Origin: Psammoneis japonica
Taxonomy: Eukaryota
NCBI GenBank assembly: GCA_008632985.1
Contig: QPGO01000021.1
Location: 682,001-746,000, forward strand
Reading direction: 5' to 3'
Length of the DNA stretch: 64,000 bases
The position numbers were made by a program, and so were the translations under genes. The notes beneath the pieces are model-generated. The model saw only the letters and a list, made by a program, of their open reading frames with translations, searched no databases and was not told where the DNA came from. Of the stretch, positions 21,804-33,180 are shown piece after piece. Position 1 is the stretch's first letter. Each line of letters starts with the position of its first letter.

Positions 21804-22532
21804 TTAGAATCCAAGGTTCTCAAGGATACCCTTGCCATTGACAAGTTCTTGGACGCACATGCCGGCGGCAGCAAACATGGCAAGACGGCCGTTGCTGAGC
21901 TCCTTGTTTTGCATGTTTTCAAATTCCTTGGGGTCGGTCGGCTTGAGGCCAAGAGGATCAAAATAGATATCACCCGGGTAGTACGATTCTCGAAGGGTAA
22001 AGAGCGGTCCTAGACCGGGTTCTACCCAACCAATGTTGGCACGGATGGCTTCGGCAATGTTGATGGCAAGGAAGAACGGAAAGAGGACAGTTCCGGGAAC
22101 CTCTGGGATTTGGTTGTTTGCAATCGTGTGGTGAACGTCCATGCCGTAAGTAATGGTGGGCGTGCTCTCACCAATGAGGTATCCAATGGTGGCCATCATG
22201 GCGACGCGGCCGTGCATGATTTCGGCTTCACGAAGTCTCTTGGCTCCGGTTAGTTCCACATCCTTGCTGAAGCCAAGAGGGTCAAAGAACCCAAGGGGTG
22301 CAATGGCTCCCGGGAGACCGTAGAGTGGCTTGGTCTCGTCAGGGACCCATCCGTTAATGGGGGCAATGGCTGGTGTGGTGATCTCCTCCTCTTCAGCTTC
22401 AACGGCAGCCTCAACGGGAGCATCGTTGGTTACTTCGTTGGACATGGAAAGAGTGGAATAGGAGGAGTGAGATGCCGATGGGGCAAAGGCACATGCTGCG
22501 CCAAGAGTTGCAGAGAGGATTGCAAGCTTCAT
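21804..22532 (-). CDS. Lhcx: Fucoxanthin-chlorophyll a/c binding protein, Lhcx (LI818/LHCSR-like) type
   Basis: ACA-FAP plastid motif; FFDPLG, EAEIMHGRVAM, GWVEP, YYPGDIYFDPLGLKP, KELSNGRLAM, QELVNGKGILENL. Confidence 0.9.
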   Translation of the reverse strand: MKLAILSATLGAACAFAPSASHSSYSTLSMSNEVTNDAPVEAAVEAEEEEITTPAIAPINGWVPDETKPLYGLPGAIAPLGFFDPLGFSKDVELTGAKRLREAEIMHGRVAMMATIGYLIGESTPTITYGMDVHHTIANNQIPEVPGTVLFPFFLAINIAEAIRANIGWVEPGLGPLFTLRESYYPGDIYFDPLGLKPTDPKEFENMQNKELSNGRLAMFAAAGMCVQELVNGKGILENLGF

Positions 22533-22879
22533 TGTATTTTGAATAGAGAAAAGAGGTTTCGACGAATTGTGAGAGAATCGCGATGTTTGTTGTTGTTCGA
22601 ACTACTCTCCTGAGTCACCTTTACTTGTTGTCATGCGCTGTTTTTTCGTTGCTGTCGGCATGAATTCCTGAGTCATGCTTCGTTGTTGGCGGCAAGTTTT
22701 GTTGATTCCGAGATTCGGGAATGACGTGTCTTTAACGGTTCTGATTCACGTTCTTCTCCACAACATACGGTACATCCGCAACGCGCTCGTCGCTCGTCGC
22801 GATCTGAAAGCGGCCCATTCACACAACTTTAAACTGTACCGTACTCCTAGCAAAGTAGCAATCGAAAGGAATAAATACC

Positions 22880-24036
22880 ATGGGCAAGCGCAGTAAGAAT
22901 AACAAGAAGAAGAAATCAACACTTGGTGGTCCAGATCAGCGCAAAACCATGCAAGAAGAGCAAACGAATTCACCAGCAGCACCGACAAGTAGTGTCACAA
23001 CGCAAGCTGTCGTCGAGTCGTCGTCTCGAGAAGAAACCACCCAACCATCGGCCCGCAAAAACAATATTTTTATCAGCGCCAACAAGGGAGAAATTGCAAC
23101 CTATGATAAGGACAAGCAGAGCGTCGTAGCCACGGACCTGTACTCGGCATCACAGCGCGCCCGCATTCTCCTCGCCTCTTTGGGAAACCTCGGAATTTTG
23201 CAAAAGGGCGTCTACTTTGGCAAGAATCCTTTGGACGTACGCAATCATCCTGTCATGGTGACTAAAATTCAAGAGGGATACCAACGCTATACTGCTGTCA
23301 AGAAGGACGACGACGACAACGACATGATGTCCCTAGAAGAATTTCAGAACATGACGGAACAAATTGTCTGTGAGTGGAACCAACAAATGAGCGACGGATA
23401 CGCGGATTTGTGGCCTTTTTGAATGGCGACGATTCTGTGGTCTGCAACTGGTCCGTCATGGCGTGTCACCCGTCCGATGCCCTCGTCCTGCTTGAACAAG
23501 AATTGTATCCCTTTTCGGGAGACCGCAACGAGGCCATGCGCAGCAAGGGCCAACCTATCAGCACGGATATCTTGGAGCACTTGACCGCGGCACAACAAGA
23601 ATTTGTGCGTGAAAACAACGACATGTTTCGGTCGCTCTACATGAACTACAAGTGCGCCGTGAGTCCCTTTTTGGATCACAGTGACATGGCTGGCGGCGCC
23701 AAAGAGGATGACGGATTTGTCCTGGACAAGGCAGCCCTCGACCCTGTGGATGTTGAACAAGTACTGCACCACGGTGGCACGCTCAACAAGGCGGTGCGTC
23801 TGCTCAAAAAGCATGCAGGAGATGTGCTGAGTGCCCTGCGCGAGACTCATGACAAGAACAACCACAGCAACAAAAAGAAGAAGAACGTGACCGAAGTGCG
23901 CATCCGTACCGACCTTTTCATGCTTATGCAGGAAAAGGGCATGTTTTTGTCCATGGTGACGGGCAAGGCGCGTCACGCCGAGTCGACTGGGAATATTTGG
24001 ATTCCAGCCGTTTACAACGATGCATCCTTGTGGTAA
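22880..24036 (+). CDS. Hypothetical protein, frameshifted in a T-run at ~23416-23420
   Basis: ORFs 22880-23422 and 23374-24036 fuse (LWPFLNGDD) if one T is added to the homopolymer. Confidence 0.65.
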
Positions 24037-24622
24037 CCGACGAAAAAGAATGGCCGCGGCACATGGACGGGGGAAAAGGCGTGCAAAGGCCAACGGGTAA
24101 GCTCCTCTCAAGAACTGCACTACATACATACTATAGGGAACACAAGATTTATGCACAAAGCACAGACAGCACAGCACACTTTACGTTTCTTATGGCTTCA
24201 TTCGCCATAGTTTGGTTCTCTCTTGTCTGTTCTTTGCACCCACGGCATGGGCACGGGGTGGACCTGAACAGGTTGCCAAGCGGCAACCCAAAGATCCCCC
24301 AACATAAGCTGAAGCGCAGAGAAGAACATTCCGTAATGTGGGGTAGCCGTGTTACGTCACTACAGTGGAGTGCATTTTGGGTCGTTACAGTGGAGTGCAG
24401 AGAGGTATCAACGTGTGTTCCCACTAGTGACCGTGACACGCTTCTGATTCACGTTCTTCTCCACAACATCCGCAACGCGCTCGTCGCGATCAACCAACAT
24501 GATGTGGTCCTCGCATCTAAGGTACCGGCATTGCTTCACTTGCTTTTTCTTGCGAAAGAAAACGATAGATGAGAGTTTCTCTTTTGGATCTACAATACTT
24601 GTTATAGGTTTCTTTCATGAAT

Positions 24623-27600
24623 CTACTCAGGGTGGTAGACGGCATCAGGATGATGGTACTTGATATCGAGTCTCTGTCCATCGAATGGATATCCGTCTGT
24701 TCTGGTAATATCAAATATGAAGCCAGGCTTTTGATAGGATACATACATGTGGCGGTTATCTGGAGAGAATGCCAACCCAGTCGAATCCCCGGTATAATTC
24801 AAGCCATCGATAACTGTGTAATAGTTACCCAGTGAATCGCGCCCATGGACGCCATTGGCTCCCCATTTGTTCTCTTCGCAAAAGTAAAGGATTGAATCGT
24901 CGCCACTGGAGAGTCGCGCCACCTGATCAGGCTTTTTATCAAAAGCTCCGGACTCGGTAGAACTGCTTTCGTATACTCCAGAATCAAGATCTAAAATGAA
25001 GAGCTTTTGATTTCCTTTGCAGGTAAAGTAGACAAATCCATTTCGAATGTCAATTCCCTCTGGGTTCCTGTTAAGAATAGGACAATTCGGCATGGCCATG
25101 TCAGAAAGCTGTGCATCAGATGACAAACTATCGATGGCATGCTTTCAAAACTTAACGGGGACAACTTACTTGTAATATTCCCGAGCGCTTGCCTCTGCAA
25201 TAGCCATATTGTCTGTCCACCTAAACCTGCCATTGTCGGGTTCAAAGGGATCGGGTTCCAGAACCAAATAGTCAACACCTGCGGTCCCCGTTTCGTTAGT
25301 GTGCAGCAAGTCAGTGTAATTTCCAGAAACGTTTGCCCTTGCAATAGCCAGTTTGTCTGGCGAAAACCTGTGCACCGGTCCAGCTTCTCGATCTGCTGTG
25401 ATGTAGAATTTTACGTTGATAGGATCGCGATTATCATATGCTGCGCTTTCAAACCAGTCGCCCGCTAACCCTCCAATTAGGGTCTTTCTGGGGGGCATGA
25501 TACCAAATGGATCAACTTCCCACACCTGTCCACCGTCTGTCTCCTCGCACGATAGCCATGTGTTCCAGAAAGTTTTGCCGCCTCCACAATTGCGTCGAGT
25601 TATGTTTCTCTCGATAAGTCGTTCATACCCGACGACTTGTGCTTTGGCGTTGAAAATGAGAGCTCCTACAGTACCCGCAGCGGTACTTTCTGCGTTTGAT
25701 ACGTAGCGAAAGCCTCCTGTAGTTGGGTCCTCAAAAACGGCAGCACTGAATATGATGTAGGGTGTAAACAGCAATGAGAATGACATGCCTCTTTAGCAAC
25801 CACGCACCAAAGCAGTACGAGCGAATACTTACCCATCTGGGTCAAGATGAAACACAATGGAGCTCCTACCTCGACCTGGTCCTTCAAATCTTACTTTCTT
25901 CCTTTGCTCCGCAATGATGCGAGAGGTCAACCCTGTGGATAAAACCAAGCCATTTTCGTATACCGTCAAATCACCTGGAACATAGGTAATTGGGCCATCT
26001 TTCGGTGGTTCATAGCAATAGTGTGCCCCAGATACGTCTCCCGGTCCTCCGTTGACACAGCCTGCAACTGGCTGGCTGTTGGTCCTTGAGTAGCACACTA
26101 GTCCAAGATCCGCTCTGCATTTCGTGTCATCGTTGAAACAATCTCCTTCGCATCTGTCACAGGGTCTGTCGCTTGTACATACGTCCAGTTTGAGGGGTTT
26201 AGGATAGCCTAAAGTTGGACGCTCTAAGCGCGAAGCAACTGTTATTGGACTTGCTGTTGGCGACGAAGTAATATCTTGGGTTTGCTTGGTTACAGTTGGG
26301 CTTGCTGTAGGGAACGACGCTGCTGGAGAAGTCGGTGATATTGTAGGACCTAGTGACAATTCTAGAGGAGGCTGCAGTATCAGTGAGCTGTCAATACAGT
26401 AGTTTGTGTTCCAGACACCTTGGGGATATCCCACTGAACGACAACCAGGTACAGCTTCAGTCCCGCTGCGGAAGAAGCAAGACAAACCAGGGCCACAGTC
26501 TGAATGGTCGGAACAGTGTCCGCGACACATTCCCAGACCCAATGGAAAGCTATCCAGCGGATTTCCGTTCTTCGCTACAACTTGAACAAGAATTCCCTCC
26601 CCAGGTTTGGGTTTGTAGCAATAGTCTGGTGAGTAAAAGAAGGAGCTCTGTTAGCAACTAACGTACAAAGAAACACAAAGAGGAATTTCAATGTGTCCTA
26701 GCAATATACACGTACCGTGGCCTGCTGCGGGGCGTCCATTACAACCGGGAGGAGCCGGCTCCGACCAACGACGTTTATAGCACGCAAGCCCCAGTGCACA
26801 ATGAGAATCTGCATCCAATAGTTATATGAGGAACCATATAGCTTGAGCATCCACAAAAGTGAACAATGAAAGACAGGTCGATATCTACGTACCCTTGTTG
26901 CAATCGCCTTTGCATGGACCAAGCGGCCTAATAGATCGATCCTTAGCAGCTATTCCAACAAATTCAAGAAAGCCGGTGGTGTTTGCATTACTAGTAGTGT
27001 CAGTTTGAGAACATGAGATGGACTGTCCACTGTTCACAGTACCTCGCGTGTCATTTACTGGATTGGGCTGCCAGCTAAAATCATCGTAGACGCAGCCTGT
27101 ACCTCCTAATTGAAGCGAATATCCTACTGCTGTATCTGCGTTTTCGTTGACACCAATATCCACCGAAGTCCTTCCTTTTACTGGGCCGCCGACAGCTTTG
27201 AAAGCTCCTCCGTAGCTCAAAAACTGCAAAGCCTTCCCTTCTGGATTTACCAAAGCGATTCCATCACCAGTTCTGGTCCCGTCTCTTATTCGTTGAGTTT
27301 CCACATAGTAAAACGACAAGCCATTAGAATCACTGCCTCTTGTAGCGGTAACCAACGGTAGGGTTGCATATGATCTGCCATTTCTACCTCGATACAATAT
27401 GAGATAATAGGATGACACGTCGGTCCCTGTGGGGAACGCAACTTCAATAAATTCTCTAATATCAGGGCCAAAGTTGTTGTAATGCAGCTCATTGATGAAC
27501 GCTACTTGTTTCTGTACAGTGGAAGAAAACACCGCACGGCACGTTAGCTTCCGAACTCCACTCTTTTACCCTCTTCCCCGCAGCGCCACTCATCACTTAC

Positions 27601-27693
27601 CTTTATCAGACCATGTTTGTTGTTGTCAAGTGAGACGCCAACATGGAAGAAAGTACAGATAGCAAAAAGGAGTAAAGGCTCGATCACCCTCAT
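24623..27693 (-). CDS. Multi-exon secreted protein: lamin-tail-like domain + frustulin-like Cys domains + PhoX/DUF839 phosphatase-like domain (paralog 1)
   Basis: Signal peptide MRVIEPLLLF; INELHY; CEGDC..GLVCYSR..VAGC; RNCGGGKT.WNTWLSCEE, FESAAYD, PEGI, PDQ, GLAFSPD; GTAAGT donors at exon ends. Confidence 0.8.
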
Positions 27694-28014
27694 GCTATGA
27701 CACACAAATTGACGAATTTGTGACTTGCATTTCGTTCGCCACTCGCCACTCGTCGAAGCAGCCACAAAACGAGTGGGATGAAACGAACATTTTGTGCGAT
27801 TCAGTGAGACAAAACTGAAAATGAAAGCGCTTGAGAGTATTTAACAAAACCATCAGAAAGAGTCTTCAATAATATTGTCAACTCGGACATTTTACATATA
27901 CTTACTAGTAGACATCCTTTTTGCAAAAGAAGTAGTGGAGTACAGTACTATCTGTACGGATTTACATGTAAGGAGATAGATAGAGTCATTCTGTATGTAC
28001 CGGTAAAAGGAAAG

Positions 28015-28275
28015 TGTCAAGAGCAAAAGTGAGCTCTGTTGTTGATCACCGCAACCCAAAAAATGACCTCCGGATTACGGTCCGGCCTGTCGTTAAAAAT
28101 TGAACTACTGGTACAGTACAGCTAGTGCACCGTGACATATATCAAGTGCAAAAGTGAGCTCTGATGTTGATCACCGCAACCAAATGACCTCCAGATTAGT
28201 ACCGCAACATGTATGAAGTGCAAAAGCGAGCAATGATGTTGATCACCGCGACAAAATGACCTCCCGATTACGGCC
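28015..28275. repeat. Three ~60-bp direct repeats between the PhoX-like paralogs
   Basis: GCAAAAGYGAGC..TGTTGATCACCGC..AAATGACCTCC.GATTA at ~28020, ~28145 and ~28217. Confidence 0.85.
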
Positions 28276-28374
28276 TTACAGCCTGTGTCCTTAATTGAGC
28301 AACAGCCAAGAGCGGGAAGAGATGGGGACTGCAGGGCTTTAGAATCTCCCCTCTGCAGCTATCTAGTAGACCAG

Positions 28375-31300
28375 TCACTCCGAGTGGTAGATGGCATCAG
28401 GATTATGGTACTTGATATCGAGCCTTTGTCCGTCGAACGGATAGCCATCACTTCTCGTCACATCGAATATATAGCCAGGTTTCTGATAGGATAGGTACAT
28501 GTGACGATTATCAGGTGAAAAGGCTAGTCCCGACGTTTCACCTGTGAAGTTGTTCCTGCGGTGGATTCAACAACAAAAATTTAGCTAAACTGAGCTTTCT
28601 ATCACAATGTCACCTGCAACCATGTTTTCTTACCCAGTATTTTCCAGGATAGTGTAATAGTTCCCCAAGGTATCCCTACCGTGAATTCCGTTACTTCCAG
28701 TTTTGCTGTCCTCACAAAAGTACAAGATTGAGTTGTCTCCGTTTAGTAGCCTGGCAACTTGATCAGGTTTGCGATCGAAAGCTCCTGAATCGGTCGAGCT
28801 GCTTTCGTACACACCGGCATCGAGATCCAAAATGAAAAGCTTTTTGTTTCCCTTGCACGTAAAGTAACATATTCCGTCTCGGATGTCAATACCCTCAGGC
28901 TTCTTGTAGTAAATGCTGGCGCTTTCCTCCGCAATGGTCAGATTGTCTGTCCACCAGAACTTCCCATTGTCAGGATTGAAAGTTTCAGGTTCAAGAACTA
29001 GATACTCCACAGTTGCAGTCCCAGTTACGTTGGTGTGCAACAAGTCAGTGTAGTTTCCGCTTGCGTTGGCATACGCCACAGCTAGTTCGTCCGGCGAGAA
29101 CCTGTATACGGGTCCAGCTTCTCGATCGGCTGTGATGAAGAATTTTACATTGATGGGATCGCGATTGTCGTAAGCTGCGCTTTCAAACCAGTCGCCCGTC
29201 AAACCTCCAATGAGGGTCTTCCGGGGTGGCATGATGCCAAATGGATCCACTTCCCACACTTGTCCACCGTCTGTCTCCTCGCACGATAGCCATGTGTTGA
29301 AGAAAGTTTTGCCTCCTCCACAATTGCGTCGAGTTATGCTATCCGCAAGAAGGTTTTCATATCCGACAACCTCAGCGTCTGCATTAAAGACGATAGCACC
29401 CACCGTACCTCTGGAGCCGCTCTCTGCATTTGATACGTAGCGAAAGCCTCCCGAAGAAGGATCTTCAAATATGGCAGCTCTGAATATGATGTAGGGTGTA
29501 AAAGACAATGAGAATGACATGCCTCCATAGCAACCATGAACCAGAGCAGTACGAGCGAATACTTACCCATCGGGGTCAACGTGAAAGATATCGTCGCTGC
29601 TTCCTCCACCTGATACATCAAAGTTGACTCTTTTATACTGCTCCGCAATTATGCGAGAGGTCAACCCTGTCGATAAAACCAGGCCGTTTTCGTATACCGT
29701 CAAATCACCAGGAACATAGGTAACAGGACCATCTGTCGGTGGTTCATAGCAATAGTGTGCTCCTGATACGTCTCCTGGTCCTCCATTGACGCAGCCTACA
29801 ACAGGTTGGTTACCATTGCGCGAGTAACATACCAGCCCAAGGTCCGTTCTGCATTTCGCGTCATCATTTGCGCAATCTCCTTCGCATCTTGCACATGGTG
29901 TTTCCGAAGTACATGTTTTTGTTTTGAGAGGTTTCGGGTATCCTAGTGTAGGTTCCACGACACCTTGTAGAGCTTGTGGGCTCATGGATGGCAATGGAGT
30001 TTGTCCTCTTGTGGGAGCAGTTGTCGGAGTTGAAGTAGGTGAATTTGAGGCATCTGTCGGGTACGTCGAGGGATGTTGCGTCGGTATCTCTGTACGCGAT
30101 GGCATTGGTGTTGAGATTGGTGGCGAAGATGTAGGATTGAGTGTCGGAGGCAGCGATGGACTGGGTGTTGGGGAAGGTATCGGTATTTGATTTGCACTAG
30201 ATTTTGCAATTGTCGGCATAGCTGTAAGTGGTGGGGGACCGACCACTGTTGTAGGACTAACGGAAGTTGTTGGTGTGAGCGTGGGTGGAAGCGCTTTTGT
30301 TGCTGTTGGTCCTGCGGTGACCATGATGGGCTCTGCTTCCGGAGACAAGTTTAGTGTAGGATTTGGAGTAGACGTCGATGAGAACTGCGTGGGTGCTCCC
30401 GTGGGCGGTCCTACCAGCGTTTGAGTTGGCATCACTGTTGTTGGGCTTGAAGTTAGGATGGGAATTGATGTTGGTAGTCCTGTCGCTGTCAGAAGCGTTG
30501 GAGATGGAGATGGAAATGTTGGAGTTTGAGTTGGTGACTCTGTTGTCGTTGAGAAAAGCGTTGGAGCAATCGTAGGCGGTCCTGTTGGGGATGGACCCGA
30601 CGTTGTATAAAGAGTCGGTGCAGCGGTTGATTCTGGAGAAGCAGTTGATATGGACATAGTTGTCGGCTCTGGCGTTGTAATCTCTGATACAGGTTTCGGT
30701 GAAGATGGGTTGGAAGTAAGCATAACAGCAAATGATGGTGACAACGTTGGGGACACATGTGGCATCATTGAAGGAGATGTTGTCTGCGCGACAGTACTAG
30801 GGTTTGTCGTTGGTGACGCGGTGGGCGTTCCAATAGCCGAAGCTGCTCTATAGCAGTAGTTTGTTCCCCAGATACCTTGCACAGCGTTGTTTGAACTACA
30901 ACCTGGCACATCCTCGGTTCCGCGGCGAAAGAAGCAAGACAATCCAGGGAGACACTCTGAATGGGCCCTGCAATGCCCTTGACACAAACCGAGGGATGCA
31001 TCCTTCGGGGCTATATTGGCAACTTTAACGAGAATACCTTCCTCCGGAACATGGCAGTAGTCTGAAGAGGAAGGAAGTTGGTACGCATTTCGTTTCAGAA
31101 AGGAAGTGCTGTAATTAGAAGAAAGCATTTTTCAGATGAACTTACCTTTACCACCCGATGGCCTTCCGAAACATCCTGGAGGAGCAGGATCTCCTTTGTT
31201 TCTACCGAAGCAAGCGAGCCCCAACTCACAATGAGCGTCTTCGGTTGTCGATTGTAGAATACGATTGGTGAGACGGCGAGCCGTTGCGGTATGGAACGGA

Positions 31301-32072
31301 AAGAGAACAATTCTTACCCTTGTTACAATCACCCTCACAAATACCGAGCGGTAGAATTGAAGGATTGCTAGGCCACCCGAGAAACTCAAGAATAAAAATC
31401 TCATTTGTTGGACAGGAGACTGACTGCCCTGTATTAATGTTCCCCCTCGTATCCACTAGGGCGGTTGCTTGCCAAGAGAATTCGCCATAGTAGCAACCTG
31501 TACCACCCAGCTGCAAAGAGTGACCAACTGGTGTCCACCACGGTTCTGAAACCCCAATGTCGGTAGAAGCCATGCCAGCTGCAGGCCCGTTGATTGCAAC
31601 GAATGAATCAGTCTCGTAACTTAAAAACTGAACAACCAAGCCTGACGGATCTATTAAGGCAATTCCATCTCCTTGATTGTTGCCGTTTCGAATTCCTAGA
31701 ATGTCAATGTAGCTGAAAGAAAGCCCATTCGAATCACCGCTAGAAGTTGCTGTGGCAAGTGAAATCGACTTGTACTTGGAGCCGCTTTTGCCGCGATAGA
31801 GGACTATCATATAGTTCGAAATGTCGACATCGGTGGGGTGCGCGATTTCCACAAACTCTGCCACATCATCCCCCTGATTAGCATAATGGATCTCATTGAT
31901 GAAAACAACATTGGTCTGAGGAAAAGAAAAATAGAGTCAGCCAATGCATCTCACGCAACATGCCGTTCACTCATCGCATTGATCGCACCTGGAGTTGCCG
32001 TCCTTGACTTCCGAAGGCACCGATGGCAGGTAACAAAAAAGATACGAAAAGGATGAAGAGAGAACGCATCAT
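28375..32072 (-). CDS. Multi-exon secreted PhoX/DUF839-like protein with frustulin-like domains and long PTS linker (paralog 2)
   Basis: Signal peptide MMRSLFILFV; same domain order and near-identical motifs as paralog 1; ends LDIKYHNPDAIYHSE-stop. Confidence 0.8.
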
Positions 32073-33180
32073 ATATTGCATGAAAAGTGGTTTCTTCGGT
32101 GCAGTCCGAAATGCTATGCTTCTGGGTTCGAGAATTTGGCTTCGGGGATTCGAAAAGTGGAGCAATCCTTTGTTTGCTGCATGCATCAAAAAATTTGTGG
32201 ACGTGTCCTATTACAGGATACGTACACCTGCTGTAGAAAAGACGCACATGTCAGAGTATTTTGATAAAAGCAATCTGTCCATATTGCCCTTATTTTCTCC
32301 CTGTTCGTTTTCGAGGTTCTCGGGCGGGCTCGCGGGCTACTGAAACGCAAAATTTGCGAATCGCAAATTAATTTATAAAAACAAATAGCTCGAATTTTTT
32401 CACGATGAAAGCACGTGCGAGGTCTCTGAGTGCTTCATTTTTCGCTTCAAATGAGCAAATGCTACTGTTTCGACAACCGAAGGTCTGTAAGTGACATGAA
32501 ATAACAAACCAATCAGATTATTGTCATTATGAAGAGCTGTGTGACGTTTTGTTTGTGAGGAAAGGCGGTGTAATCATCCAAAAAGGTCATTTTTTGTTGA
32601 AATCTTGCGATGCGTTGGCATGAGTTGCTGTCACGAGAAGGCAATTTCCTTTGAAAATAAGGATTTCTTGTCATTTCTCGTGCATCATGTCTTTTCTTAA
32701 TCGAAGTAGAAAGAACGCCTGCACCTTGAATTGCACCAGAGGATGTTGGCCGCGTCGCAAAGACGATCTTGGAGGGTGACAAGGGTTGTTTCTCGACTCG
32801 CCACGCGATGATTGTGCGGGGATTCGGAATTTGTCGCAAATTTTGCGATGTCGCAAATTTTGCGATTCGGTAGCGGGGTGGGGGCCGGGTCTTCCCGGTG
32901 TTTTTCATCGTTGGTTGAATGAATCGAAAAACGTTGTTGTCGGTGGCAGTGATTGCTGAAAACTGGGGAGACCACTTTAGCACAAATGTCGCATTCAATC
33001 AAGGCAGCTGGAGGAGGAAAGAACTTGCGCTTTTCTGCTCTCACAAAATCACACACAGAAGCCAGAGAGGCTGTGCATCTGCCTTTTGTCTGACACTTCT
33101 CAAGGAGACATCGAACGATGCAATCTTCAGTGTGCATCTTGGACAGCTGGGGCATTGGCACAGAACACCTTCCCAACAAA

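Noticed and set aside
20760..23425. Programmed frameshifting in two neighbouring genes
   Set aside because: Single-base indels, one in a homopolymer, are more simply assembly errors or null alleles.
28015..28275. CRISPR-like array
   Set aside because: Eukaryotic context, ~60-bp degenerate repeats, irregular spacers and no cas genes.
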